Shown here: piece by piece, positions 1 through 9,440 of the stretch
Layout of the letters: each line of letters begins with the position of its first letter
Position numbering within the stretch: the first letter of the stretch is position 1
NCBI GenBank assembly: GCA_018902915.1
Contig: JAHIPS010000106.1
Span: 5,504 to 69,503 of the forward strand
From: Candidatus Omnitrophota bacterium
Lineage (GTDB): Bacteria > Omnitrophota > Gorgyraeia > Gorgyraeales > Gorgyraeaceae
Direction: 5' to 3'
DNA length: 64,000 nt
Program-made: the position numbers and the translations under genes
The notes under the pieces: model-generated
What the model was told of the DNA's origin: nothing
The model's database searches: none
What the model saw: only the letters and a program-made list of their open reading frames with translations

Positions 1-76
1 TACTGCCTTTAAACTCAAAAATCCCGCCTTTTAATTTCAAATACAGGTTCTTTAATTGCGTTTCTTTTTCCATCAT
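1..76 (-). CDS. 5' end of a gene running off the left edge (MMEKETQLKNLYLKLKGGIFEFKGS...), possibly an S24/S26-type peptidase
   Basis: ATG at 76/73 with GGGAGA upstream; frame open to the window edge; product guess rests only on the ...FKGS ending and the neighbouring nucleotidyltransferase. Confidence 0.3.
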   Translation of the reverse strand, partial: MMEKETQLKNLYLKLKGGIFEFKGS

Positions 77-198
77 CTTTTTTATTCTCCCATACCGTCT
101 ATTAGAAGTCAAATTAACTTTGCATTTTAACAATGTAGGTATGCAAAGTTATTGACGTATATTTGCGAAGTGTGCTATTCTTAATATGGAGTGATAAG

Positions 199-1149
199 AT
201 GTTTAAGCATATCTCGGAATTAGAATATCATGAACTTGCCGGGCTTTTATATAAAAACTCAAAAGCGCTCGAGCAAAGACGCCAGAAGACCCTTCTAATA
301 AATACCCTCTTATTAAGTCAATTCTTCAAAATCAATAAGGGCTTTCAGGAACACGGAATAACTATTTTACCCATCAAAGGCGTATCGCTTCTTCTATCCA
401 TATATAAAGATATGGCTTCAAGACCAATGAATGATATAGATTTACTGATAGAACAAAAAAATGTTGATCGAGGCGTAGCCATCCTTAAAGACATGGGTTA
501 CAGGCTTGATGAATATGCATTCTCAGAGGACTATTACTATTTAAACTATTGCCACATTCCACTGTTTAAAGAGGCTGATGAAGGCCTCACGTATACTGTC
601 GAGCTACACTGGTCCCTCGCTGTCCCCAGACCTTATAAAATAGCACTACCTCTATTATGGACAAGGATCAGAAGTATTACAGTGGATGATAAAAATGTAA
701 AGCTTCTTTCCCATGAGGATGACATCTTTTCGCTTCTCCTGCACCTAAGGAGGTTTGACAAACCTCTCTCGTTAAAATATATACTTGATATATCCGAGAT
801 TTTAAAGAAATACAGGATTGACTGGGATTACATATATAAGCATTCCAGATCAAACAGGTTGATCTCGCTTGCATATTATGCATTGTTTGCGGCAAAGGTC
901 TTTTTTAACAACGATATAAAAGATGAAACAATTAATAGGTTCTATCCCGGGTTTATAAGAGCATCTTTATTGAAATACCTGGTAAACAGGGCCAGTTCAT
1001 ACGGCGTCTCAAGGCTACAGAGATCTATTGTCTTCAGGAAGATCGCCTATGTATTTTTACGTTTCTTATTATATGACAGGGCATTGGACTTTATAAAATT
1101 TGTACTGATTATGCCTAAAGAAGAATTTTGTCGTTTCTTCACATATTAA
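199..1149 (+). CDS. Nucleotidyltransferase family protein (NTP_transf_5-like)
   Basis: Motifs IKGVSL, RPMNDIDLLI, VELHW; ATG 199 preceded by GGAGTG preferred over TTG 163. Confidence 0.8.
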   Translation: MFKHISELEYHELAGLLYKNSKALEQRRQKTLLINTLLLSQFFKINKGFQEHGITILPIKGVSLLLSIYKDMASRPMNDIDLLIEQKNVDRGVAILKDMGYRLDEYAFSEDYYYLNYCHIPLFKEADEGLTYTVELHWSLAVPRPYKIALPLLWTRIRSITVDDKNVKLLSHEDDIFSLLLHLRRFDKPLSLKYILDISEILKKYRIDWDYIYKHSRSNRLISLAYYALFAAKVFFNNDIKDETINRFYPGFIRASLLKYLVNRASSYGVSRLQRSIVFRKIAYVFLRFLLYDRALDFIKFVLIMPKEEFCRFFTY

Positions 1150-2246
1150 GTGTTTAAAACCTGCTGATATACATCAAATGTCATATCTGTTATCTTATCC
1201 CAATTATGCTTCTCGGCGACCATATTCATCTGCGCTATCTTTTCTTCTTGCTCAACTGGCCTTTTGATGAATTCCTTTATCTTTGCGGCCAATGCCCGCA
1301 CATCACCGGCCTTAAAAAATCTGTCGTCGCCCAGCCCGACATCTTTATTGCCGCGTATATCACTTGCTATACAGGATAAACCGTAACTCATGGCCTCAAG
1401 CAGGACTATAGGGAGCCCCTCATAATATGACGGCAACACAAATAGTCCGGCATGGCTATACAGCTGGCGCAGCGCCTCTCCGGTCAGAAACCCGGTCAAA
1501 ACTATATTTTTATTTTTCTCTGCTTTTTCTTTTAAACCAACGCTGTACCTGTCCGGGTGGTCGGCCCTGCCTGCTATTACCAGCTTCAAGCCCTCTATAT
1601 TATCAAACGCATCGATCAAATCGTGAAATCCTTTTTCCGGAACAAACCGGCCTACAGCCAAAACATACCTCCCTCTGTTCAAGCCATACTTTTTAATGGC
1701 ATTGTCATTTTTTGAAACCTGCGCCGGGGCTACGCCATTGGGAATAACTGCGACATCCTTATTATATTTCCTCTTAATATTATCTCCTATGAATTTAGAA
1801 ACACATATTATTGCATTTGAAAATATAGAACCCAGATATTCACCCAGGACCAGTACAAGCTTCGCCATGTTCCCCCATTTTTTTCTTTCGTAATCTGGGC
1901 CGTGATTAGTCATCACCACTTTTAATCCCAGAATCCTGGCAAGGGGAACAACCAAAGAAGGTCCTATGGCATGGATATGAAGGATATCAGGAGATATCTT
2001 CCTGGCAGCAAAGAGCCCAAGAATCGTATGAAAAATACATTCGAGAAATCTATTCTTCGGGCATGGCAGGGAAACCAGTTTTACGCCCTTGTAGATATAA
2101 TTCGTCCTATCAACATACGGCCTTCTGGTAAAAACTATTACTTCGCAGCCTCTATCGGCGATATGCGAATAGAGATTTTCGCAGTGGGATTCTATTCCGC
2201 CTTGAACATTTGGAAAGCCTCTTGCTCCCAAAACAGCGATCTTCAT
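1146..2246 (-). CDS. Glycosyltransferase family 4
   Basis: RGFPNVQGGIE N-terminus, GRFVPEKG, EGLPIVLLEAMS. Confidence 0.92.
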   Translation of the reverse strand: MKIAVLGARGFPNVQGGIESHCENLYSHIADRGCEVIVFTRRPYVDRTNYIYKGVKLVSLPCPKNRFLECIFHTILGLFAARKISPDILHIHAIGPSLVVPLARILGLKVVMTNHGPDYERKKWGNMAKLVLVLGEYLGSIFSNAIICVSKFIGDNIKRKYNKDVAVIPNGVAPAQVSKNDNAIKKYGLNRGRYVLAVGRFVPEKGFHDLIDAFDNIEGLKLVIAGRADHPDRYSVGLKEKAEKNKNIVLTGFLTGEALRQLYSHAGLFVLPSYYEGLPIVLLEAMSYGLSCIASDIRGNKDVGLGDDRFFKAGDVRALAAKIKEFIKRPVEQEEKIAQMNMVAEKHNWDKITDMTFDVYQQVLNT

Positions 2247-3208
2247 GACGTATGCCTTATCTTATTCTTTAATACCCACAAAACCGGCTTTACAGGATGG
2301 CGCCAGATAGCAGGCGCAGCGCTCCCTATCATCCAGCAGTTTTTCCTGCAGCCTTTGACCATCTGTCTCACTTCTTTTGCCCGTTCGCCATTCCAGATCT
2401 CATCCCATGACTTGTCTTTTAAATTGCCCATGGACTGTTTCTCATCCATGCCATTACACGCTAAGACATCACCATCCGGATCCAGGAAAAAGCCATCCTC
2501 GCCCATCTCGCAAGGAAGAAGACGATTGTTGCCCTTTATATAATTAATCATACCATAATTAAAATAAGCCCTGAACCATTCTTTTATCTTTTTTGAGCTG
2601 AGCATTAATTCGATCAATCTTTTTAATTCAGAATTTACCTTTTCTATATCCTCGATTTTATTATCAAGCTTGTGAAAATAGTGCGAGTTATGAAGAGTGG
2701 CTGTGGCAAATTCATAGCCTAGATCCCGAGATAATAGATACAATGGGACCAGGTCATCGCAATTCAAATCCTGCACTGTCATCCCAAATCCAATATCTTT
2801 AATCCCCAGACGCCGTAGTTCTAATAGCGTCCTCATAGACTTATCAAATCCATTCGGGATCCCGAGGATCTCATCATTTGTTTTTGCCAGACCTTCGATA
2901 CTTATACGGATACCTATATCGGGATATTTTTTACATAGATTAATAATTTTATCAGTAAAATAGCCGTTTGTGCTGATAACAATACGTTTTGATTTTTTTC
3001 TTAAAATCTCTATGATTTCTGGTAAATCCTGCCGCACAAAAGGTTCCCCACCCGTAATATTAGTAAAAAACATCTGCGGGAGCTTGCCTATGACATCTAT
3101 CCCGATCTCTTCTGAAGGATTAGTAGGATAGCGCCACGCATTGCACATGTTGCATCTCGCGTTGCATCTATATGTTAAGATAATAGAACCGTGTAATCTC
3201 TTATTCAT
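2243..3208 (-). CDS. Radical SAM protein with SPASM/twitch domain
   Basis: CNARCNMC (CxxxCxxC), ITGGEP, C-terminal LPCEMG...VLAC...GNL...EIW...CRKNC. Confidence 0.92.
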   Translation of the reverse strand: MNKRLHGSIILTYRCNARCNMCNAWRYPTNPSEEIGIDVIGKLPQMFFTNITGGEPFVRQDLPEIIEILRKKSKRIVISTNGYFTDKIINLCKKYPDIGIRISIEGLAKTNDEILGIPNGFDKSMRTLLELRRLGIKDIGFGMTVQDLNCDDLVPLYLLSRDLGYEFATATLHNSHYFHKLDNKIEDIEKVNSELKRLIELMLSSKKIKEWFRAYFNYGMINYIKGNNRLLPCEMGEDGFFLDPDGDVLACNGMDEKQSMGNLKDKSWDEIWNGERAKEVRQMVKGCRKNCWMIGSAAPAIWRHPVKPVLWVLKNKIRHTS

Positions 3209-4796
3209 CTTTACGCCTCGTTATTTCCATGGCCGTCAGGGAATGCGGCTGGAATGTAAATTCAAAAGGATTATCTATAATCTCAAATCTTTTACGCGTG
3301 ACCTTGACATTATTAGGATTTTTTTCATTCGTTGCGTCAATACTTGGTCCATTCAAAATCCAGGCCTCGCCTTTGCCCGAAGGGTCAAAATCCTTTAAAT
3401 CAATAGTTGCTATAATGCCATGGTCAAGATCTTTGTTGACTACCATCAGATATATCTTGCTCTTATCTTTATTAGTGCTGGTATTTACAGACAGATAGGG
3501 TATGGAAAATCTTTTCGCGCTATAGGAGCTACATTCAACATCTACTTCTATAAGCTCAGAACCAAAGCGCTTATTATACAGCTCAAATACATAATAATTA
3601 GGACGTTTAATATAATCTATAGGGTATCTATAATCATGCTTCATAAAATCTTCCTGCGATCTGATCATTCCCCAGTAACTATTACAATACTGCCAATAGG
3701 TGGCCAGGAGTATCTTGTGTTCTGGTTTCATGAAGATACGCAACAGTTCTGCGTTTATAAGAGCTGTGCCAAGGCAATGCCTGTAGGGAATAGGTTCTTC
3801 CTGGGTAAAGCCGCCATTATATTCTGTAACGACTAGCGGAATATCTTTTCCGGATTCTGCTTTTAAAAGTCTCAGGTTATCCTGAAAATTGATTTCATCT
3901 CTAAAAATAGGCACGCCCAAAGATTCTTTGAAAATCTGTTTGGGTTCCATTAACCGTGACTCCCACTCTGGAGACGCGGGATACGTATGAATAATAGCAA
4001 AATCCAGTCTATCCTTTACTGTGCTTAAAACCCTCTTATTCCAGTTATTCCAGTATATCGGGCATAAAACAACTCCTATTTTAATTTGGGGCTCGACCGC
4101 TTTCATAGCTTCGTAATATCTTAAATATCTCTTTCCATATTCCTCCGGGACCACTCCCTTTATATCCCTGTGATCTCCATGATAGACCTCATTACCTATT
4201 TCAAAATATCTCACATTACGATAGGGCAACGGATGCCCGTTTTTAGCTCTTTCATTTGCCCAATCTGTGCCGCCACCATTGGGATTGGTCCCATCATCTG
4301 GGGAAATAAGATACTCCACCAGATCAGCGGCATCCTGCTCGGTGCCAGTAAAATAACTAACTGTTATAATCGCTTCCGCGTCCATCTCCTCGCAGGTCTT
4401 TAAAAACTCGTCTATACCATATAAAAAATGTTCCCTGTTTTTCCCTATGGCGTTCTTCCAATCATAATGATGCGCCCCGCACCCCCCGGGAAACCTTACA
4501 ACAGACATCCCTGCTTCTCTGGCTAAAACCACCACCTCTTTGACGGATCTCCCACCTTCAGGATCCCATACGCCTGCACCGTAATCAGAATAGCCATAAT
4601 ATTCCCCGGTCGCATCCTCATACGTCATAGGATCATAACCCAAAAAGTTGTTGCCAAACACCTTTTTATTTATCTGGCCTATATTTCTCGCGCTATAAAC
4701 TGTAACATGGGCATCTTTTACAGGCACAGTCTTTAGGCAACCTGATAGCGCGGCTAAAAATATCAAGGCTATTATTTTATTAATAAAACTTTTCAT
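3201..4796 (-). CDS. GH51-like (alpha-L-arabinofuranosidase-type) glycoside hydrolase, predicted lipoprotein
   Basis: LSGC lipobox, RFPGG, YFEIGNEVY (acid/base), VVTEYN (nucleophile), C-terminal FQPHSLT. Confidence 0.8.
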   Translation of the reverse strand: MKSFINKIIALIFLAALSGCLKTVPVKDAHVTVYSARNIGQINKKVFGNNFLGYDPMTYEDATGEYYGYSDYGAGVWDPEGGRSVKEVVVLAREAGMSVVRFPGGCGAHHYDWKNAIGKNREHFLYGIDEFLKTCEEMDAEAIITVSYFTGTEQDAADLVEYLISPDDGTNPNGGGTDWANERAKNGHPLPYRNVRYFEIGNEVYHGDHRDIKGVVPEEYGKRYLRYYEAMKAVEPQIKIGVVLCPIYWNNWNKRVLSTVKDRLDFAIIHTYPASPEWESRLMEPKQIFKESLGVPIFRDEINFQDNLRLLKAESGKDIPLVVTEYNGGFTQEEPIPYRHCLGTALINAELLRIFMKPEHKILLATYWQYCNSYWGMIRSQEDFMKHDYRYPIDYIKRPNYYVFELYNKRFGSELIEVDVECSSYSAKRFSIPYLSVNTSTNKDKSKIYLMVVNKDLDHGIIATIDLKDFDPSGKGEAWILNGPSIDATNEKNPNNVKVTRKRFEIIDNPFEFTFQPHSLTAMEITRRKDE

Positions 4797-4799
4797 AAT

Positions 4800-6014
4800 T
4801 TACCTGATTTTATTGTATATCTCCATTAATCCCTGATAATGCTTTTCGGCATTGAATGCTTTCTCAACAAATACGCGCGCGTTTCTTCCCATCTCCATGA
4901 TCCTGTCTGGGCTATTTATAAGGCATTCTATTTTTAGACGCAGGTCATCAGAATCTCCCGCTTCAAAAGTCAATCCGGTCTGGTTGTCTTTAACAAGCTC
5001 GGGAATCCCGCCGATCCTTGAACCAATAACGGGTTTCCCTAGAGAAAATGCCTCTATTATGGATCTTGGATTATTCTCAAAACACGTGGATGGCAGAATA
5101 ACAAACATGGACTTTCTGATTTCATCACTCAGGCCTTCTCCTTTTTTATATCCCAATAATATTACATTGTCAATTTTTTCGATATTGATCTTGACTTTGA
5201 TCTCTTTTTCAAGAGGGCCTTCGCCTATAATCTTGAGTGTTATCCCTTTGATATCCTTTACTGCCTCTATTAGATCAAACAGTCCTTTCTCCATGGATAA
5301 TCTTCCGAAATAAACAATCGATTTCTCATCCCAATCATATCTGGGGATAATTTCCTCGGATTTTATAAAATTCGGGAGATAAGCTATGTTCCCTTTAAAC
5401 CCCATCTCCCTTAATTTATTTTTCAAAAACATGCTCGGTGAAACAAAGATATCCACTGTTTCATAGATATGTAAGATCTTATGGTGCAGGTACATCTCTA
5501 TTGTATTTAACAGACTTTTCATCCGTGAACCCTTGTTGCACCTTTTTAAGAAACAGTGATAATACATCCCGTCTCTGCATGCCTCGCATGTCTTCTTATT
5601 CGATATCATCGAATACGACGGGCACACCATCTTATAATCGTGAAGGGTTAGGACGACAGGGATCTTAAATTTTTTTAGGCTAGTTAAAACTGAGGGAGAG
5701 ATCTGATGGTGGATGTTATGCAGGTGAGCAATATCAGGTCTTTGCTCTTTTATCAATCTTTCTATTTTTTTCTTCGCCTCAAATGAATATAAAACATTTA
5801 AAGACGCCTTTATTTTATCCTTGAATCCACTGGATCCGTAATCTATGTTAGAGACAAAATATCTATCATTTGCTGAACGCAGATTATGGGGGTGCCTCAT
5901 TGAGAAAGATACGATCTCGTGCCCTTTGTCTTCTAAATACTGGGCCGTATCAAAGAAGACATGCTCGGATCCGCCTTTAAGATAAAAAAATTTATTTGCG
6001 AAAAGGATCCTCAT
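4800..6014 (-). CDS. Glycosyltransferase family 4
   Basis: NKFFYLKGGSE, TLHDYK, GRLSMEKG, ENNPRSIIEAF. Confidence 0.92.
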   Translation of the reverse strand: MRILFANKFFYLKGGSEHVFFDTAQYLEDKGHEIVSFSMRHPHNLRSANDRYFVSNIDYGSSGFKDKIKASLNVLYSFEAKKKIERLIKEQRPDIAHLHNIHHQISPSVLTSLKKFKIPVVLTLHDYKMVCPSYSMISNKKTCEACRDGMYYHCFLKRCNKGSRMKSLLNTIEMYLHHKILHIYETVDIFVSPSMFLKNKLREMGFKGNIAYLPNFIKSEEIIPRYDWDEKSIVYFGRLSMEKGLFDLIEAVKDIKGITLKIIGEGPLEKEIKVKINIEKIDNVILLGYKKGEGLSDEIRKSMFVILPSTCFENNPRSIIEAFSLGKPVIGSRIGGIPELVKDNQTGLTFEAGDSDDLRLKIECLINSPDRIMEMGRNARVFVEKAFNAEKHYQGLMEIYNKIR

Positions 6015-6059
6015 GACACACTCGCTCCTGTTGTTTTAAATCAACGAACTATTCCTAAG

Positions 6060-7514
6060 TTACAGCTGACTGGCAGGATCGGTAAATCCATCCTTAGGAT
6101 CAGGGAACTCAAATGGCGGGGCAGGCGGCTCATATGCCTCTACAACCGGCACACACCTTCCCAGGGCACATATGATATCGTCTTCGGTGAGCATTGTAAC
6201 AGGGGCGTATAATCTGTATTTAGCCTTTACAGGCGAGTTGATCACTGGTATCTTTCCTTTTCTACTATCCCCAAAATGGATACGTGTATAATTTCCCGAA
6301 TCTAATTTGACTAAATAATTCATGCTATCAGAAGAGCTTTCAAATAAGGAATCCTGTTTATCCCACTCTTCATATCTGCCAGTCTCGTCTACATAGATAT
6401 GCAGGTCATATATTATAAAACCAGCGTTATTTAATTCAAAGTTCTGATTTTCCGATCCATTGCTTATCCCGATGACCTCTTCAACAGGACAATCGTAGAG
6501 GATCCTTGCGAGCTCATCACGCGTCAAAAAATCCTCCGGGGACGAACCTATAAATATATTTATACCGTTTTTCGCAAGCACCTCTGTCTGCAGTAGATAT
6601 ATTTCCTTATCGCTAAGGGTCTGGAAACCTTTTGGTAGCTGCCCTGTAAGGCGTCTAATCCTTATAAGAAGGTCGGCAAAGTTTGCCTTTGTTAGAGGCC
6701 TGGACGGATTGTACACATTTTTTATAGATCTATCGACGTCCGGGTTAGACAAGAGCATCGCTATCTCACACTTTGTTACAATCTCGTTTTCCCTGCCGTA
6801 AAACTTGTATACTGCCTTGATCCTTGAGCCAACAGCCGGGATTTTGCCGTTTATGTTGTCTCCGAATGCTATCCTAGCGTCATCGCACGAATCCAGTTTT
6901 GCCATATACTCCCTGATATCTCCCTGGCTTTCCTTCAAGGTCTTTTTTCTTTCCCACAACTGGAAACCATTGCCCTCATCCACATAGAGCTCGACATCAT
7001 ATATAACAAATTCCTCGTTTTTCAGGTCAAATACCTGATCTGCAAGTCCGCTCGAAAAACCCAGGTTTTTCTCTACGGTAACATTCTTCAATACCGCGGC
7101 CAGCTCTTCCCTTGTAAGTGGCGATAAAGGCTCTGTGTCAACAAAGATATCTATACCTTTGCCGCTCAACAACCTGGTCTCTATTATATATCTCTCTTCA
7201 TCATTCAGGTTATCTATGGTTCCTGGCAACTCCCTCTCCAGCCTGAGTATTTGAGCCAATATGTCAACAAATAACAGCTTTGTTGCAGACGTATATTTTG
7301 CTGCGGGATTCTCCCTGCATTCCTTTGCCGCCTTTAGCAAGGCCTCATTATTAGGTTCGCAAGGCCCTCTCTCAAGGCATATAACGCCTTCATCTAATCG
7401 GCATTTGACCTCACACACGTCTCCGCTAGATGACAGTTTTGTCTCTGCTGCTACTGGTCTAACCACAGCCGCTATAGCTGCTATAACTAATATGATATAC
7501 GCTATCTTCTTCAT
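6060..7514 (-). CDS. Secreted protein with internal duplication: SLH-like motifs plus two baseplate (gp6/eCIS wedge)-like beta domains and a Pro-rich C-terminus
   Basis: Signal peptide; LTREELAAVL, LTKANFADLL, LTRDELARIL; duplicated RIxFGDxxxGKIP...I/VKAxY. Confidence 0.65.
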   Translation of the reverse strand: MKKIAYIILVIAAIAAVVRPVAAETKLSSSGDVCEVKCRLDEGVICLERGPCEPNNEALLKAAKECRENPAAKYTSATKLLFVDILAQILRLERELPGTIDNLNDEERYIIETRLLSGKGIDIFVDTEPLSPLTREELAAVLKNVTVEKNLGFSSGLADQVFDLKNEEFVIYDVELYVDEGNGFQLWERKKTLKESQGDIREYMAKLDSCDDARIAFGDNINGKIPAVGSRIKAVYKFYGRENEIVTKCEIAMLLSNPDVDRSIKNVYNPSRPLTKANFADLLIRIRRLTGQLPKGFQTLSDKEIYLLQTEVLAKNGINIFIGSSPEDFLTRDELARILYDCPVEEVIGISNGSENQNFELNNAGFIIYDLHIYVDETGRYEEWDKQDSLFESSSDSMNYLVKLDSGNYTRIHFGDSRKGKIPVINSPVKAKYRLYAPVTMLTEDDIICALGRCVPVVEAYEPPAPPFEFPDPKDGFTDPASQL

Positions 7515-7555
7515 CTTTTTCCCCTCCTCGTAAATACTTTTATAATACTTATATA

Positions 7556-7584
7556 ATTATACCAAAATTAAAGGCCTTTGGCAA
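7556..7584 (-). promoter_or_regulatory. Sigma70-type promoter for the 6060..7514 gene
   Basis: Minus strand TTGCCA-N17-TATAAT with TG extended -10; GAGGAGG RBS downstream. Confidence 0.75.
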
Positions 7585-7595
7585 GCCTTTTTAAC

Positions 7596-8156
7596 CTAAT
7601 CTTTTAAGTGCACATCTGCATATACAGCCAGCATCTCCTGGACTTTTCTAGGCGGCAAGATAACAAAATAGTGGTCTATTATGCAGTGTGCCATTTCGTG
7701 CGCCAGTATGCCTTCCGTTACGGCCCTTTCTGTCGTATATATGGTGTTTGTTTTATATATATAAAACGAGGATGCTGTATTTGGCTCGTTAAAAATCTCT
7801 TCATAGGCCATATCAAGCCCATCCTTGTCCTTATAAATATTAATACTAACATGTATCCTGGAAGGATACATGTCCAGTATATCTTCAACCTTTGCAAAGA
7901 TCGCGTCAAATTTTTCCCCTACAATATTTTCTGTTGAAAAATCTACTTTTTCTCTATACCGCCTTGGGCTATAAAAATCTGAAAATCTAAGATTTATCCG
8001 TCTATTGACCATCTTCAAACTCACTCCCTCTTCATAAAAAATACTGCAGAATCTAGAGGAAAATACATTCCATTCTTCTTCCTGCGAATACGCGCTATCC
8101 GCAAAAGCAAAGATCAAACATAGCATTAATAAAAAAGAAGCTCTTTTTAATCTCAT
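7596..8156 (-). CDS. Secreted HEXXH-motif (zincin-like) protein
   Basis: Signal peptide; ILAHEMAH followed by QEMLA. Confidence 0.65.
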   Translation of the reverse strand: MRLKRASFLLMLCLIFAFADSAYSQEEEWNVFSSRFCSIFYEEGVSLKMVNRRINLRFSDFYSPRRYREKVDFSTENIVGEKFDAIFAKVEDILDMYPSRIHVSINIYKDKDGLDMAYEEIFNEPNTASSFYIYKTNTIYTTERAVTEGILAHEMAHCIIDHYFVILPPRKVQEMLAVYADVHLKD

Positions 8157-8166
8157 CCTGCCTCTA

Positions 8167-8763
8167 TTAACGGTTGATCTTGAAATACGAAAGAGCCTTT
8201 TTGAGGTCCTGCTTATCCTTCTTTAATTCAGAAACTACCTTTTTTATATCGTCTTTTAAAAGCATTTCCCTGTTTGAGCCATCTGAAAGTTCGTCTATTA
8301 AACCATCTAATTTTTCTGAAACAGTAACTACCTTTAAAAGTCCTACGCTTAGCCCCTGCGTCATATTGTTAAAGGCATTAACCAGGTTCTGAAACTGGTC
8401 TTTCTTTCTAATCTTCAAATCCGGCAAAAGCTCGCCATTGCCAACCTTCTGGGCATATTTCTCGAATCTATAGATAGGCCCAGCCACCCTGTGTGTCATA
8501 AGTATTACCACGATAGACGCCGCGAGCGCTGTTACCAGCGAAACGATAGTGCCGCCGAACAGTATAGCGGGCAGTATATAGTCAGCCGTGCTCTTTACGA
8601 CCAATCTGGAATTTTCAAAAGTCGTGGTTAATGTGCGGCTTGACATCATATACAGGATCACCCCGAAGATCACAGAGCTAAGGGCAACCAAACCGCAAAA
8701 TTTCAATATGAACTCTGTCTGAAAACCTCTGTTAATAAAATAATTTCTCCGTCTATACTTCAT
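8167..8763 (-). CDS. Two-TM membrane protein with HAMP domain
   Basis: RRRNYFI start, two hydrophobic segments, THRVAGPIYRFE...IRKKDQFQNLVNAFNNM; ATG 8763 with GGAGG RBS. Confidence 0.75.
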   Translation of the reverse strand: MKYRRRNYFINRGFQTEFILKFCGLVALSSVIFGVILYMMSSRTLTTTFENSRLVVKSTADYILPAILFGGTIVSLVTALAASIVVILMTHRVAGPIYRFEKYAQKVGNGELLPDLKIRKKDQFQNLVNAFNNMTQGLSVGLLKVVTVSEKLDGLIDELSDGSNREMLLKDDIKKVVSELKKDKQDLKKALSYFKINR

Positions 8764-8780
8764 ACCTGCCTCCTTCAGTA

Positions 8781-8841
8781 TGTTCAAGGCTAAGCCTTGA
8801 ACAGTTACATCTGTTACATGTTCAAGGCTTAGCCTTGAACA
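8781..8841. repeat. Pair of 23-bp palindromic REP-like units TGTTCAAGGCTWAGCCTTGAACA
   Basis: Units at 8781-8803 and 8819-8841, 15-bp spacer. Confidence 0.95.
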
Positions 8842-9388
8842 TGCTGTCGTCCAGCATATCCTTGTTAATACTTACGCAGGATTTGCTCCTCAATTCCTCT
8901 ATCCACGCGTTCATAGCATCTGTTTCTTTTTTTCTCCTTACATCCCTCTCTATATCCCGTCTTACCTTGGAAAAAGGCAATGTCTCGCCAGAGGCGTTAT
9001 AATACTCCTTGACCTCGTCTTCATAGACATGGACCAGGCCTGATATCTCCTTGCTTTTCCTTTCAAGTAAAATCTTTAAAAGCGCCTGTTCCCAGTAATT
9101 CTCGATACTCTTCATAAAATCCTTTTCCCTGTCAAGCCCCTGACGCTGCGCATCCTGAAGCAAGATCTCTTTCTCCAGCAGCCTGTCCAGATATTCCTCC
9201 CTGCCCTCTTGTGTCTCCAAAAGCACCGCATCATCGTAAGGCGTATTATCCAATTCGTATCTCAAGTCCTCGACGCTCATCCTGTAGTCATTCACCTGCG
9301 CGACCACTCGTTTATCGCCTTTGTCGCTGCCGCGCGCGCACCCTGTTAAAAATAAAACCACGAGACCTATAAATAAAACTCTCTTCAT
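8822..9388 (-). CDS. SurA N-terminal/EpsD-like chaperone lipoprotein
   Basis: LTGC lipobox, VVAQVN, YLDRLLEKEILLQDAQRQGLD, WIEELR; ATG 9388 with GGAGG RBS. Confidence 0.75.
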   Translation of the reverse strand: MKRVLFIGLVVLFLTGCARGSDKGDKRVVAQVNDYRMSVEDLRYELDNTPYDDAVLLETQEGREEYLDRLLEKEILLQDAQRQGLDREKDFMKSIENYWEQALLKILLERKSKEISGLVHVYEDEVKEYYNASGETLPFSKVRRDIERDVRRKKETDAMNAWIEELRSKSCVSINKDMLDDSMFKAKP

Positions 9389-9410
9389 ATCAACCTCCCC
9401 CCAATTTCTG

Positions 9411-9438
9411 TGAACTGTCAACCGTGAACTGTCAACTA
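9411..9438. repeat. Four tandem degenerate heptamers (TGAACTG/TCAACYR)
   Basis: tgaactg tcaaccg tgaactg tcaacta in the intergenic gap. Confidence 0.7.
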
Positions 9439-9440
9439 AA

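Noticed and set aside
6060-7514. Prophage or complete eCIS/T6SS locus
   Set aside because: Only an isolated baseplate-like domain in a signal-peptide protein; no sheath, tube, spike, terminase or integrase in the window
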